Part shown: positions 42,421 to 51,507 of the stretch, one piece after another
How the letters are laid out: each line of letters opens with the position of its first letter
Numbering within the stretch: position 1 is the first letter of the stretch
Source: Oscillospiraceae bacterium
Lineage (GTDB): Bacteria > Bacillota > Clostridia > Oscillospirales > JAAYXM01
Direction: 5' to 3'
DNA: 64,000 nucleotides
Assembly: GCA_017421025.1 (NCBI GenBank)
Contig: JAFQME010000024.1
Location: forward strand, 68,134-132,133
Position numbers and translations under genes: made by a program
Notes under the pieces: generated by a model
What the model was told of the DNA's origin: nothing
Seen by the model: the letters and a program-made list of their open reading frames with translations, nothing else
Database searches by the model: none

Positions 42421-43770
42421 TCAAGCCCTCAACTTTTTGCTTTCTTTGTGATAGACAACCAGGAAGCACACAACCTCCATTGCGGCGGTGAGCCCCCAGG
42501 ATACCGGATAGAGTGCGTACAGCATCCCCAATGTGTGATGCAAGGGGAAGATGAAAAGGACCCAAACCACACGGAACAGACCCACACCCAAAAGCATAAT
42601 CGCAGTCGGGATCAAACTCCGCCCCAAACCACGCACCGCATAGGTGGTACAGTCCATGACCGCCGAGAGCATAAAGGCGAGTGCCATCACACGCAGTCGC
42701 TCCATGCCCGCCGCAATGACCGCAGGCTCGGTGTTGAAAATCGAGATGAATGCTTCGCCAAAGACAAAGAACCCCACCCCGAGAATCAGCCCGATGCCGA
42801 AGGAATAGCCTTGACAAATCAGATAGGATTGCAAAATGCGTTTGGGCTTCTTCGCCCCGAAATTCTGGCTGATGAAGCTGGACGCTGCGGTGTAAAACGC
42901 CATCATCACGTTGTAGGCGATGTTGTCCGCATTTCCGGCTGCGGTAGAGCCTGCAACAGTGACCGCATCAAAGGAATTCAGCCCGGACTGCAGGAAGAGA
43001 TTCGAGATGTTGAAAATCGTGTTTTGCAGCCCCATCGGGAGTCCGATGGCAAGAATCGACTTGGTTTTTCCCGCATCGAGTTTCATCTCGCTCATGCGCA
43101 GATTGAGCAATCCCGGGGTACGGATGAGCACCCGCAAAATCAAAACCGCCGAGAGGTATTGGGAAATCGTGGTCGCAAGCGCAACCCCCGCCACTCCCAA
43201 ATGAAAGACAATCACGAAAATCAGATTCAAGATGATATTGACCACACCTGAAATTGCCAGATAAAAGAGCGGGGTCTTGGTATCGCCGACAGCGGAGAGG
43301 GTGGCGTTACCGAAGTTGTATAACGCAAGCGCAGGAAGCCCTGCTGCACAAATCTTTAAGTAGAGCGCCGCATCCGAAAGAAGCTCGGGACGGGTGTTGA
43401 GCAAGCGCAGGAGCGGAGTTGTACCAAATAGCCCCACAAACAACGAAAGCAGCCCCACAATCAGGCAAAGCAAAAACGAGGTGTGTATGGACTTGACGGT
43501 GCCGGATGCATCCTTTGCACCCAAATCACGTGCAACGATGACGTTGACCCCATTGGAAACTCCGATGAGGAATCCGGTAAACAACCAAATCGAAGTGGTG
43601 GTTGACCCCACTGCACCCAAAGCACTTGCGCCTGCAAACCGACCTGCAACCGCAAGGTCCGCCATATTGAAAAACAGCTGGAGGAAATTGGTTGCAATGA
43701 GCGGGAGTGCAAACCGCACAATCTTACCGTGCAGCCGCCCCTCTGTCATATCCCCAACCGAAACACGCAT
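42421..43770 (-). CDS. MATE-family efflux transporter
   Basis: FALPLIATNFLQLFFNMADLAVAGRF start and ~12 TM segments. Start 43770 chosen (the ORF is open to 44007). Confidence 0.8.
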   Translation of the reverse strand: MRVSVGDMTEGRLHGKIVRFALPLIATNFLQLFFNMADLAVAGRFAGASALGAVGSTTTSIWLFTGFLIGVSNGVNVIVARDLGAKDASGTVKSIHTSFLLCLIVGLLSLFVGLFGTTPLLRLLNTRPELLSDAALYLKICAAGLPALALYNFGNATLSAVGDTKTPLFYLAISGVVNIILNLIFVIVFHLGVAGVALATTISQYLSAVLILRVLIRTPGLLNLRMSEMKLDAGKTKSILAIGLPMGLQNTIFNISNLFLQSGLNSFDAVTVAGSTAAGNADNIAYNVMMAFYTAASSFISQNFGAKKPKRILQSYLICQGYSFGIGLILGVGFFVFGEAFISIFNTEPAVIAAGMERLRVMALAFMLSAVMDCTTYAVRGLGRSLIPTAIMLLGVGLFRVVWVLFIFPLHHTLGMLYALYPVSWGLTAAMEVVCFLVVYHKESKKLRA

Positions 43771-43862
43771 GGGAAGCCATCTCCTTTCTCTCCGAATAAT
43801 AGCATAAACACGCTTGATTTTCAAGTGAAAATGTGGTATGTTTTTGAGGTGAGGTGAAATCA

Positions 43863-44411
43863 ATGAAACTGGAACTCGGACGTCCGGCGGACTGCTCCGC
43901 TCGCCTGCCCAAAGAGCAGCGTGTGTATGAGTTTTTGGACGGCTTGAACATTGAATACGGCAGAGTGGACCATGCTCCTGCCATGACCATGGAGGATTGC
44001 GCCGCAATTGATGAGGTGCTCGATGCGGTCACTTGCAAGAATCTGCTGCTTACCAACAAACAGCAGACCGCTTTTTATCTCCTGCTTATGCCGGGGGAGA
44101 AACCCTTTAAGACCAAGTACCTCTCCGCCCAAATCGGCTCGGCACGGCTTTCCTTTGCATCCGCTGAGAAGATGGAGGAGCTGTTGGATATCACACCCGG
44201 ATCACTCAGCGTTTTGGGTCTCATCAACGACTCGGAGAAAGCAGTCACCTTGCTTGCAGACGAGGACGTGCTAAACGGCGACTACATCGGCTTCCATCCG
44301 TGTATCAATACCTCAAGCCTGCGTCTTTCCATGAAAGACCTGCTTGAGATCATCATCCCCGCAATGGGGCATCCGCTGCAAACTGTGAATTTACCTTGGG
44401 AGGTGGAATAA
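43863..44411 (+). CDS. YbaK/ProX-type aminoacyl-tRNA editing (prolyl-tRNA synthetase-associated) domain protein
   Basis: CKNLLLTNKQQTAFYLLLMPGEKPFKTKYLSAQIGSARLSFA pattern. GAGGTGAGGTG RBS before ATG 43863. Confidence 0.6.
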   Translation: MKLELGRPADCSARLPKEQRVYEFLDGLNIEYGRVDHAPAMTMEDCAAIDEVLDAVTCKNLLLTNKQQTAFYLLLMPGEKPFKTKYLSAQIGSARLSFASAEKMEELLDITPGSLSVLGLINDSEKAVTLLADEDVLNGDYIGFHPCINTSSLRLSMKDLLEIIIPAMGHPLQTVNLPWEVE

Positions 44412-44615
44412 ATGGCGGTCAGACTCAATGAAGACAAGGAAATCGTCGCCCGAATCAAAGAGGGACTCCGTGCAAAGGACGGGTATTGCCCGTGCCGCCT
44501 CGCACGCACCCCTGAGAATAAATGTATGTGCAAAGAATTTCGGGACCAAATCGCAGACCCCGAATTCGAAGGCTATTGCCACTGTCTGCTCTATTACAAA
44601 TCTAAGGAGGATTAA
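44412..44615 (+). CDS. Ferredoxin-thioredoxin reductase catalytic-subunit-like small protein
   Basis: CPC...CMC...CHC cysteine pattern in 67 aa. Directly upstream of trxA. Confidence 0.65.
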   Translation: MAVRLNEDKEIVARIKEGLRAKDGYCPCRLARTPENKCMCKEFRDQIADPEFEGYCHCLLYYKSKED

Positions 44616-44618
44616 CCC

Positions 44619-44915
44619 ATGCTCGCTGTTACCAATGCAAATTTTGAGGAAGTAAAACAGAATGACACCGTCCTGCTCGACTTTTGGGCAACCTGGTGCG
44701 GCCCCTGCCGCATGATTGCCCCCACCCTCGAGGAGTTTGCGGAAAAACACCCCGAGATCACGGTCGGGAAAGTGGATGTAGACCAAGCCCCCGACCTTGC
44801 ACAGCAGTTCGGCATCATGGTCATCCCCACCCTCGTGGTCCTCAAAAACGGGGAAGTGGTAAACAAATCCACCGGCGTCATCTCGCTTTCTGCCATGGAA
44901 GATTTGGTAAAGTAA
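44619..44915 (+). CDS. trxA: Thioredoxin
   Basis: WATWCGPCRMIAP active site. 98 aa. Confidence 0.9.
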   Translation: MLAVTNANFEEVKQNDTVLLDFWATWCGPCRMIAPTLEEFAEKHPEITVGKVDVDQAPDLAQQFGIMVIPTLVVLKNGEVVNKSTGVISLSAMEDLVK

Positions 44916-44949
44916 AAACAAAGGACGGCAGATGCCGTCCTTTGTTTTT
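44914..44949. terminator. Bidirectional terminator
   Basis: AAAAACAAAGGACGGC-AGAT-GCCGTCCTTTGTTTTT. Confidence 0.8.
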
Positions 44950-45649
44950 ATTTCACGATCATATTGGCAATGCCAACTTTTGCGGAGAAACTATTTCCGT
45001 ATCCGATTAATCCGTTATCAACCAGTATTTTCATCTGAAGACCATAGTTTAACGGTACTGAAATGGTTTTTGGCATGCATTCCGGTTCGAGCTCCACTGT
45101 TTTAACTGTTTTTCCATCAATCACAAATGAAACTGTTTTGCTTTGAGTGTTATAAGCGGTATGTCCGATGACACAATTCAAAGTTGAATACTTGGCATCG
45201 AGATTGAATAATGCATATCCATTATGCTCAACGGAAATTCCGTTGCTGTATTTTTTTCCGGCCATTTCAAAACTTTTGCCTTCGGATGAAAGAATCAAGT
45301 CAAATCCGTTGGTTTCGTAGGGTTTTATGACATCCAGCAAATAAGTGTCGTTTGCGGTCATTTTATCCCAAAGATAAACGCTACTGGTAGCACCGTCCCA
45401 GGTAACATCCATGCCCGCCGCATTTGCGGTGCCTCGGACCGGAAGGTAGGTGGTACCGTTGTAGATAAACGGTTCCACGGTCGTTCCGTTGGCATCCTTT
45501 AACTCGCAGAGAACATTGTCTTTGTAAACCTTGATGTTACGGTAGGTCACATTGATGCTTTTTGTCTGGTTGATCGCATAAGCAGCGCTTGACAGCAGAA
45601 GCGCTGCGCTCAAAAATCCGAGAAGATATCCTTTGACTGTCTGTTTCAT
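44948..45649 (-). CDS. Secreted protein with copper-amine-oxidase-N-terminal-like (stalk) domain and C-terminal NPCBM-like module
   Basis: Signal LLGFLSAALLLSSAAYA. GTTVEPFIYNGTTYLPVRGTANAAGMDVTWD. Paralog of 53081-53851. Confidence 0.6.
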   Translation of the reverse strand: MKQTVKGYLLGFLSAALLLSSAAYAINQTKSINVTYRNIKVYKDNVLCELKDANGTTVEPFIYNGTTYLPVRGTANAAGMDVTWDGATSSVYLWDKMTANDTYLLDVIKPYETNGFDLILSSEGKSFEMAGKKYSNGISVEHNGYALFNLDAKYSTLNCVIGHTAYNTQSKTVSFVIDGKTVKTVELEPECMPKTISVPLNYGLQMKILVDNGLIGYGNSFSAKVGIANMIVK

Positions 45650-45738
45650 GTTTCATTCCTCCATGATAAAATTTGAGTGTTGCGCACGCTTTCCTTGCAA
45701 AAAAACACTCGGCGACCCTCCTCACAATGGATTGCAAA

Positions 45739-45772
45739 TAAAAAAGGTGCGACTCCAATTGGAGAACGCACC
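45739..45772 (-). terminator. Intrinsic terminator inside a ~300-nt 5' leader (candidate attenuator/riboswitch expression platform)
   Basis: The minus strand reads GGTGCG-TT-CTCC-AATT-GGAG-T-CGCACC followed by TTTTTTATTT, ~95 nt upstream of the ATG at 45649. Confidence 0.55.
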
Positions 45773-45957
45773 CGAAAAATGCGAACTCCTTTTGTTGCCA
45801 CACAATTCTCAACAAAGTCAGGATCCTCTCCTACATGCCAAGCGGAAGTTGCATTTTTGCCGATTCAAACTTGGCATAAAGACAAACGGGAACAAGACCC
45901 CCTATAAAAACAGAGAGTCATCCCGAAAACTTGTTGATTGAATTATGTGGCAATTTC

Positions 45958-45986
45958 ATTGTAGCATAGTTTTGGAGAAATGGCAA
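45958..45986 (-). promoter_or_regulatory. Sigma-70-type promoter (TTGCCA-17-TACAAT) for the long leader
   Basis: Minus-strand TTGCCA at 45986-45981 and TACAAT at 45963-45958. Confidence 0.5.
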
Positions 45987-45991
45987 GACGA

Positions 45992-46021
45992 GAAAAAGGA
46001 CCTCGTGAGAGGTCCTTTTTT
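45992..46021 (-). terminator. Terminator of pyk
   Basis: AGGACCTC-GTGA-GAGGTCCT flanked by an A-run and a T-run, immediately after the pyk stop. Confidence 0.75.
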
Positions 46022-47434
46022 CTATATCGTTTCCACTTTAATGGTATTGGTGTTGCCGGATTTGCCGTTGATGACACCGCCGGTGAGTACGATGGAGTCG
46101 CCCGCATTGAGTTGCAGGACATCCTTTGCGGCACGCACCGCATGGTAGAACATCACGTCTGTGGTGGGGAATTCCTCACTTAGTACCGGAATGACACCCC
46201 AGGAAAGGGAGAGACGGTACCAAACATCTTTGTTTGTTGCAAGCCCGATGATGTCCATCGGTGCACGGAAACGGGATACCATGCGCACGGTCATACCGGA
46301 GAGGGAAGAAACCACAATCGCTTTCGCACCGATGTCGATCGCCATGCCGCAGGTTGCGTGCGAAATGGCGTCCACCTGCGAGCGGATTTGGAACCCGCTG
46401 TTTTGGAAACGCTTGACGAAATTGATGTTGCGCTCGGTCTCCTCCACGATTTTGGACATGACCTCTACGGTCTCAACCGGGTATTTGCCTGCCGCACTCT
46501 CACCCGAGAGCATGACCGCACTGGTGCCGTCATACACAGCGTTTGCCACGTCCGAAATCTCGGCACGGGTGGGGCGGGGGTTGTAAATCATGGATTCCAG
46601 CATCTCGGTTGCGGTGATGACACGTTTTCCCAGCATACGGCACTTGGTGATCAGGTATTTCTGAATTCCGGGAAGCTCCGCAAACGGCACCTCCACGCCC
46701 AAATCGCCGCGTGCCACCATGACACCGTCGCACACCTCGCAGATTTCGACAATGTTGTCCACCCCTGCTCGGTTTTCGATCTTGGCGATGATTTCAATGT
46801 TATCGCCGCCGTTTTCGCTCAAGAATTTTCGGACCGCCCAAATATCCTGCTTGCAGGAAACAAACGACGCGGCAACAAAACTGATTCCGTTTTGGATGCC
46901 GAAGAGGAGGTCCTCTTTATCCTGCTCGCTCAGATATGTTTGTTTTAACACTTTATTGGGGAAACTCATGCTCTTGCGGTCCTTGAGTTCACCGCCCACA
47001 ATCACTTCGCAGAGAATCTCTGTCCCTGAAATCTCTTTGACCTCGAAGATGACCAGACCGTTGTTGACCAGAATCCGATCGCCAACCGAAAGGTCGTCGG
47101 GAAGTCCGCTGTAATTTACCGCAACACGGGATTCATTTCCCACAATATCCTCGGTGGTAAAGGTGAACGTGGCACCGTCCGAAACCGTGACCGAGCCGTT
47201 TTCAAAGGTTTTGATGCGGTACTCAGGTCCTTTGGTGTCCAGCATGATTGCGATGGGCAGCCCCAGTCTTTCACGCACTTCTTTGATCATATCAATTTTT
47301 TTCTTGTGCTGTTCATGGGTACCGTGGGAGAAATTCAAGCGTGCAGTATTCAGGCCCGCTTTGCACATCGCCTCAAACACTTCGGGCGATTCGCTTGCCG
47401 GACCAATGGTGGCAATAATCTTTGTCTTTCGCAT
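46022..47434 (-). CDS. pyk: Pyruvate kinase
   Basis: MRKTKIIATIGPAS...ARLNFSHG...MLDTKGPEYR...MVARGDLGVE motifs. GGAAGGAAG RBS before ATG 47434. Confidence 0.95.
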   Translation of the reverse strand: MRKTKIIATIGPASESPEVFEAMCKAGLNTARLNFSHGTHEQHKKKIDMIKEVRERLGLPIAIMLDTKGPEYRIKTFENGSVTVSDGATFTFTTEDIVGNESRVAVNYSGLPDDLSVGDRILVNNGLVIFEVKEISGTEILCEVIVGGELKDRKSMSFPNKVLKQTYLSEQDKEDLLFGIQNGISFVAASFVSCKQDIWAVRKFLSENGGDNIEIIAKIENRAGVDNIVEICEVCDGVMVARGDLGVEVPFAELPGIQKYLITKCRMLGKRVITATEMLESMIYNPRPTRAEISDVANAVYDGTSAVMLSGESAAGKYPVETVEVMSKIVEETERNINFVKRFQNSGFQIRSQVDAISHATCGMAIDIGAKAIVVSSLSGMTVRMVSRFRAPMDIIGLATNKDVWYRLSLSWGVIPVLSEEFPTTDVMFYHAVRAAKDVLQLNAGDSIVLTGGVINGKSGNTNTIKVETI

Positions 47435-47515
47435 AGGCTCTTCCTTCCGAATAAAATCTTTTCTTATCATACCACAAAACAGTTCGCTCAACAACAAAAA
47501 ATTCCCAAAAAGTGC

Positions 47516-47544
47516 TTGACAAACAAAAACAGATGGAGTATCAT
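47516..47544 (+). promoter_or_regulatory. Sigma-70-type promoter (TTGACA-17-TATCAT) of feoAB
   Basis: TTGACA 47516-47521, TATCAT 47539-47544. Confidence 0.55.
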
Positions 47545-47550
47545 AATTAC

Positions 47551-47603
47551 GGTTAGTGAAAACTAACTGATTTTTTGTGAATAACGGTTAGTGTAAACTA
47601 ACC
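47551..47603 (+). promoter_or_regulatory. Two tandem palindromic operator-like sites (GGTTAGT-N4-ACTAAC[C]) in the feoAB leader
   Basis: Site 1 is GTTAGT-GAAA-ACTAAC at 47552-47567. Site 2 is GGTTAGT-GTAA-ACTAACC at 47586-47603. Both are embedded in the direct repeat TAACGGTTAGTG[A/T]AAACTAAC. Confidence 0.55.
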
Positions 47604-47620
47604 AAAAAGGAGAAGGCTTC

Positions 47621-47842
47621 ATGAAAACTCTGAAAACCGCCCGTGTGGGTGAGACCGTGACCGTGGTCAAGGTGCACGGTGAGGGCGCCATCAAGCGCCG
47701 TATCATGGACATGGGCATCACCAAGGGTGTGGAAATCTATATCCGCAAAGTCGCACCGCTCGGCGACCCGTTTGAACTCAATCTTCGCGGCTATGAACTC
47801 TCGCTCCGCAAAGCGGATGCCGAGATGGTTGAGGTTTTGTAG
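47621..47842 (+). CDS. feoA: Ferrous iron transport protein A
   Basis: 73 aa SH3-like FeoA (VGETVTVVKVHGEGAIKRRIMDMGITKG). Upstream of feoB. Confidence 0.9.
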   Translation: MKTLKTARVGETVTVVKVHGEGAIKRRIMDMGITKGVEIYIRKVAPLGDPFELNLRGYELSLRKADAEMVEVL

Positions 47843-47853
47843 GAGGTGCGAGA

Positions 47854-49995
47854 ATGGAACTGAAAATTGCACTTGCGGGAAACCCGAACTCGGGAAAAAC
47901 CACACTGTTTAACGCACTCACCGGTTCGAATCAGTACGTGGGCAACTGGCCGGGTGTCACGGTTGAGAAAAAAGAAGGTAAGGTGAAAGGACACAGCAAC
48001 GTGGTTGTGACCGACCTGCCCGGTATCTACTCGCTCTCTCCGTATACTTTAGAAGAAGTGGTAGCGAGAAACTATCTGGTAAATGAGCGTCCGAATGCGA
48101 TTTTGAATATCGTGGACGGCACCAACCTTGAGCGCAACTTGTATCTTACCACACAGATGCTGGAGCTCGGCATCCCGGTTGTGGTGGCAATCAATATGAT
48201 GGACCTGGTCACCCGCCGAGGGGACAGAATCGACTTAAATGCGCTTTCCCGTGAACTGGGCTGCCCGGTTGTGGAAATCTCCGCACTCAAAGGCGACGGC
48301 ATCGACGAAGCGGCACACACCGCAATTATTGCGGCAACCGAAGGGGAAGCGGAGCCGGGCCACATTTTCTCGGGCCGTGTCGAGCATGCGCTTGCACACA
48401 TCGAGGAAGTGGTGGTACATAACCTGCCCGAAGAACAGCAGCGCTGGTACGCCATCAAGGTCTTTGAGCGGGACGAAAAAGTTCTGCAGAGTTTGAAACT
48501 TTCTCCTGAAACCCTTGCACATGTGGAGGAAGACATCCGCCACGTGGAAAAAGCGCTGGATGACGATGCGGAAAGCATCATCACCAATGAGCGTTACCTC
48601 TTCATTGAGAATATGATGAAGCGTGTGTATAAGAAGAAAAACCGCAACCGCCTCTCCACATCCGACAAAATCGACCGGATCGTGACCAACCGTGTTTTGG
48701 CACTCCCGATTTTCGTGTTTGCGATGTGGGCGGTGTATACCATCTCCATCGGCACGGTGGGGGATTGGACGGTTGGCTTTATGAACGACACCCTTTTCGG
48801 GGAATGGATTGTTCCGGGCGTCACCACCCTCCTGGAGGGCTGGGGCTGCTGGCCGTGGCTGACCAGCCTTGTCGCAGACGGGATTGTAGGCGGCGTGGGC
48901 GCAGTCCTTGGCTTTGTCCCGCAGATGCTGATTCTGTTCCTCATGCTCTCTCTCTTGGAAGATTGCGGCTATATGTCCCGTGTCGCATTCATTTTAGACC
49001 GCCTCTTCCGCAAATTCGGGCTTTCCGGGAAATCCTTCATCCCCATGCTGGTCGCATCGGGCTGTGGTGTTCCGGGAATCATGGCATCCCGTACCATCGA
49101 GCAAAACCGTGACCGTAAAATGACCATCATGACCACAGGCTTTATCCCGTGCGGCGCAAAAATGCCCATCGTCGGTTTGATTTCGGGCGCCCTGTTCGGC
49201 GGCTCGGCTTGGGTGGCAACCGCTGCATACTTCATCGGTGTGGGCGCTGTGATCCTGTCGGGAATTATGCTCAAGAAAACCAAGGCATTCGCCGGCGATC
49301 CCGCCCCGTTTGTCATGGAACTCCCGCAGTACCATGCACCGCTTGCATCCAATGTCCTGCGCACCACCTGGGAGCGTGGCTGGTCCTTCGTCAAGCGTGC
49401 AGGTACCGTCATTCTTGCAGCAAGCGTGATTATCTGGGTCTTAAACTCCCTCTCGTTTGAAGGCGGATTCCACTACATCGGTGACAGCGATGCAAAGAGC
49501 ATCTTAAACGTCATCGGTGAGTGGATCGCATACCTCTTCGCTCCGCTTGGCTTCGGCAACTGGCAGTCTGCGGTGGCAACCATATTGGGTTTGGTTGCGA
49601 AAGAAGAAGTGGTCGGTGTATTTGGAACGCTTTCCGCTATGGGAGACCCCTATTCCGCAGCCGCAGAGGTGTTCGCAGGCAGTGGTCTTGCCGCATTCTC
49701 CTTTATGATCTTCAACCTCCTCTGCGCACCGTGTTTTGCGGCAATGGGTGCCATCAAGCGTGAGATGAACAACTGGAAATGGACGGCATTTGCCATCGGC
49801 TATATGTGTGTCTTTGCCTATGCAATCTCGCTCATTGTCTATCAGTTGGGAATGCTTTTTGCAGGAAACACATTCACGGTCTGGACAGCGTTTGCAATTC
49901 TGACCTTGTTGGTGCTGTGCTACTTTACCTTCCGTAAAAACAAATACGAAGGCAAAGCACAACTTGCCATCGAGGAAGTTTCTATGGTGAAATAA
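47854..49995 (+). CDS. feoB: Ferrous iron transport protein B
   Basis: N-terminal G domain IALAGNPNSGKTTLFNALTG plus a polytopic membrane domain. Confidence 0.95.
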   Translation: MELKIALAGNPNSGKTTLFNALTGSNQYVGNWPGVTVEKKEGKVKGHSNVVVTDLPGIYSLSPYTLEEVVARNYLVNERPNAILNIVDGTNLERNLYLTTQMLELGIPVVVAINMMDLVTRRGDRIDLNALSRELGCPVVEISALKGDGIDEAAHTAIIAATEGEAEPGHIFSGRVEHALAHIEEVVVHNLPEEQQRWYAIKVFERDEKVLQSLKLSPETLAHVEEDIRHVEKALDDDAESIITNERYLFIENMMKRVYKKKNRNRLSTSDKIDRIVTNRVLALPIFVFAMWAVYTISIGTVGDWTVGFMNDTLFGEWIVPGVTTLLEGWGCWPWLTSLVADGIVGGVGAVLGFVPQMLILFLMLSLLEDCGYMSRVAFILDRLFRKFGLSGKSFIPMLVASGCGVPGIMASRTIEQNRDRKMTIMTTGFIPCGAKMPIVGLISGALFGGSAWVATAAYFIGVGAVILSGIMLKKTKAFAGDPAPFVMELPQYHAPLASNVLRTTWERGWSFVKRAGTVILAASVIIWVLNSLSFEGGFHYIGDSDAKSILNVIGEWIAYLFAPLGFGNWQSAVATILGLVAKEEVVGVFGTLSAMGDPYSAAAEVFAGSGLAAFSFMIFNLLCAPCFAAMGAIKREMNNWKWTAFAIGYMCVFAYAISLIVYQLGMLFAGNTFTVWTAFAILTLLVLCYFTFRKNKYEGKAQLAIEEVSMVK

Positions 49996-49996
49996 G

Positions 49997-50146
49997 ATGA
50001 AATGGATTGTACTTCTGGCGGTTATCGCCATCTTCGTTCTCATTGTGGTACACGAGCTGAAAAAACGCAAATCCGGCGGCGGCTGTTCTTGCGGCTGCTC
50101 GGATTGCGGCATGAAAGACATGTGCCACAAAGATTCGCACCGCTAA
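49997..50146 (+). CDS. FeoB-associated Cys-rich small membrane protein
   Basis: 49 aa, MKWIVLLAVIAIFVLIVVHELKKRKSGGGCSCGCSDCGMKDMCHKDSHR. Starts 1 nt after the feoB stop. Below the ORF-track cutoff. Confidence 0.7.
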   Translation: MKWIVLLAVIAIFVLIVVHELKKRKSGGGCSCGCSDCGMKDMCHKDSHR

Positions 50147-50183
50147 GAGCCTCCTGCGGTGAGACTCCTTAATTTGTTAGGCA

Positions 50184-50222
50184 AACCCGAGTGGAAACAC
50201 TCGGGTTTTGTCTTGCTTTTTT
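50184..50222 (+). terminator. Terminator of the feo operon
   Basis: AACCCGAGTG-GAAA-CACTCGGGTT followed by a T-rich run. Confidence 0.75.
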
Positions 50223-50265
50223 GATGCGTCTGTGATACCATACCTCTTGTTGGAAGGTGAGAGAA

Positions 50266-51504
50266 ATGTTTCGTAAAATGAGCCAAACCGAGCGAGCCAG
50301 TGCAATTGTATTCCTTGCACTTTGGGTTTCTTATACCCTCATCCGTATGGGAAAAAACGCATACTCTGCCGCCATGGCAGCCATGTTGCAGGAGGGGTTG
50401 CTCACAAAAGCAAACTCCGGGCTGGTAAATGCCGGCTTCTATCTGCTTTACGGGGTTGCTCAGATCGCAGGCATCAAACTGATTGAAAAAGTCTCACCCT
50501 TTCGGCTGATTACGTTGACCCTGATTGCCAATGCGGGATTCTCCGCCGCCATGGGCTTTGCGCAGGGGTTTGTCCCGCTTCTCATTTTGTGGAGCTTAAA
50601 CGGCCTTGCCCAGTTTGCCATGTGGCCGGCGCTTTTGCGTGTCACCACCGAGTATTTGCACCCCGAGCATCAAAAACGTGCCATGACCGCCATCGCATTC
50701 TGCTATTGCGGCGGCATGGTGGCAAACTACCTGCTTGCCGCAGTGGTGCTGAAATTTGCCCGTTGGCCGGTCCTCTTTTTTGTCAACGGTATCATCGGCG
50801 TGGTTGTGCTCGTATTTTGGCTTGCCGCAGCCAAGCTCAAGCCCGTGCTTGAAACCATCCCCCGTGCAGAACTCCAAACGGAGAACAGCCCGCAGGAAAA
50901 ACATCGCCTCATGCCACTCCTGGTTACAAGCGGTGCGCTGCTCATCTTCCTTCCGGGTCTCTTGCGCTCTGCACTTGACCTTGGCATCAAAACCTGGATG
51001 CCCACCATGCTCATCGAGATTTACGGTGTCTCCCTCTCAACCTCCAACCTGCTTGCCACCCTCTTGGTGTTCATCAACCTGGCAGGTGTTCCGCTCATCG
51101 CATGGCTGTATCCGAAGCGGGTGGGGAACACCATCTTGCTGCTGACCTTCTCATTTGTCATCGGCATCCCCGCCACCGCACTCATGCTGCTCAATCAAAG
51201 CATCTCGGTCGGGGTCATGATCGCACTTCTCATCATTGTCACCACCATGACCTATGCGGGAAACCAACTCATCCAAATCTATGTCCCGCCCGAGTTTTCG
51301 AAATTCCACCGCACCGGCAGTGTGGCAAGTATCTTAAATGCGGGCGCCTCGTTCGGTGTGCTTGCGGGCAACTACATCTTCGGTCTCTTTGCCGAACACT
51401 TGGGCTGGAATGGCACCATCTTTTCCTGGGTGGTCATGTTTGCTGTCTCCGCACTCCTTTGTGCAATCGCTACCCCAATTTGGAAAAAGTTTATTGCGAG
51501 GTAA
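50266..51504 (+). CDS. MFS transporter
   Basis: ~12 TM segments. ATG 50266 with an AGGTGA RBS (GTG 50257 is an alternative). Confidence 0.75.
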   Translation: MFRKMSQTERASAIVFLALWVSYTLIRMGKNAYSAAMAAMLQEGLLTKANSGLVNAGFYLLYGVAQIAGIKLIEKVSPFRLITLTLIANAGFSAAMGFAQGFVPLLILWSLNGLAQFAMWPALLRVTTEYLHPEHQKRAMTAIAFCYCGGMVANYLLAAVVLKFARWPVLFFVNGIIGVVVLVFWLAAAKLKPVLETIPRAELQTENSPQEKHRLMPLLVTSGALLIFLPGLLRSALDLGIKTWMPTMLIEIYGVSLSTSNLLATLLVFINLAGVPLIAWLYPKRVGNTILLLTFSFVIGIPATALMLLNQSISVGVMIALLIIVTTMTYAGNQLIQIYVPPEFSKFHRTGSVASILNAGASFGVLAGNYIFGLFAEHLGWNGTIFSWVVMFAVSALLCAIATPIWKKFIAR

Positions 51505-51507
51505 CTT

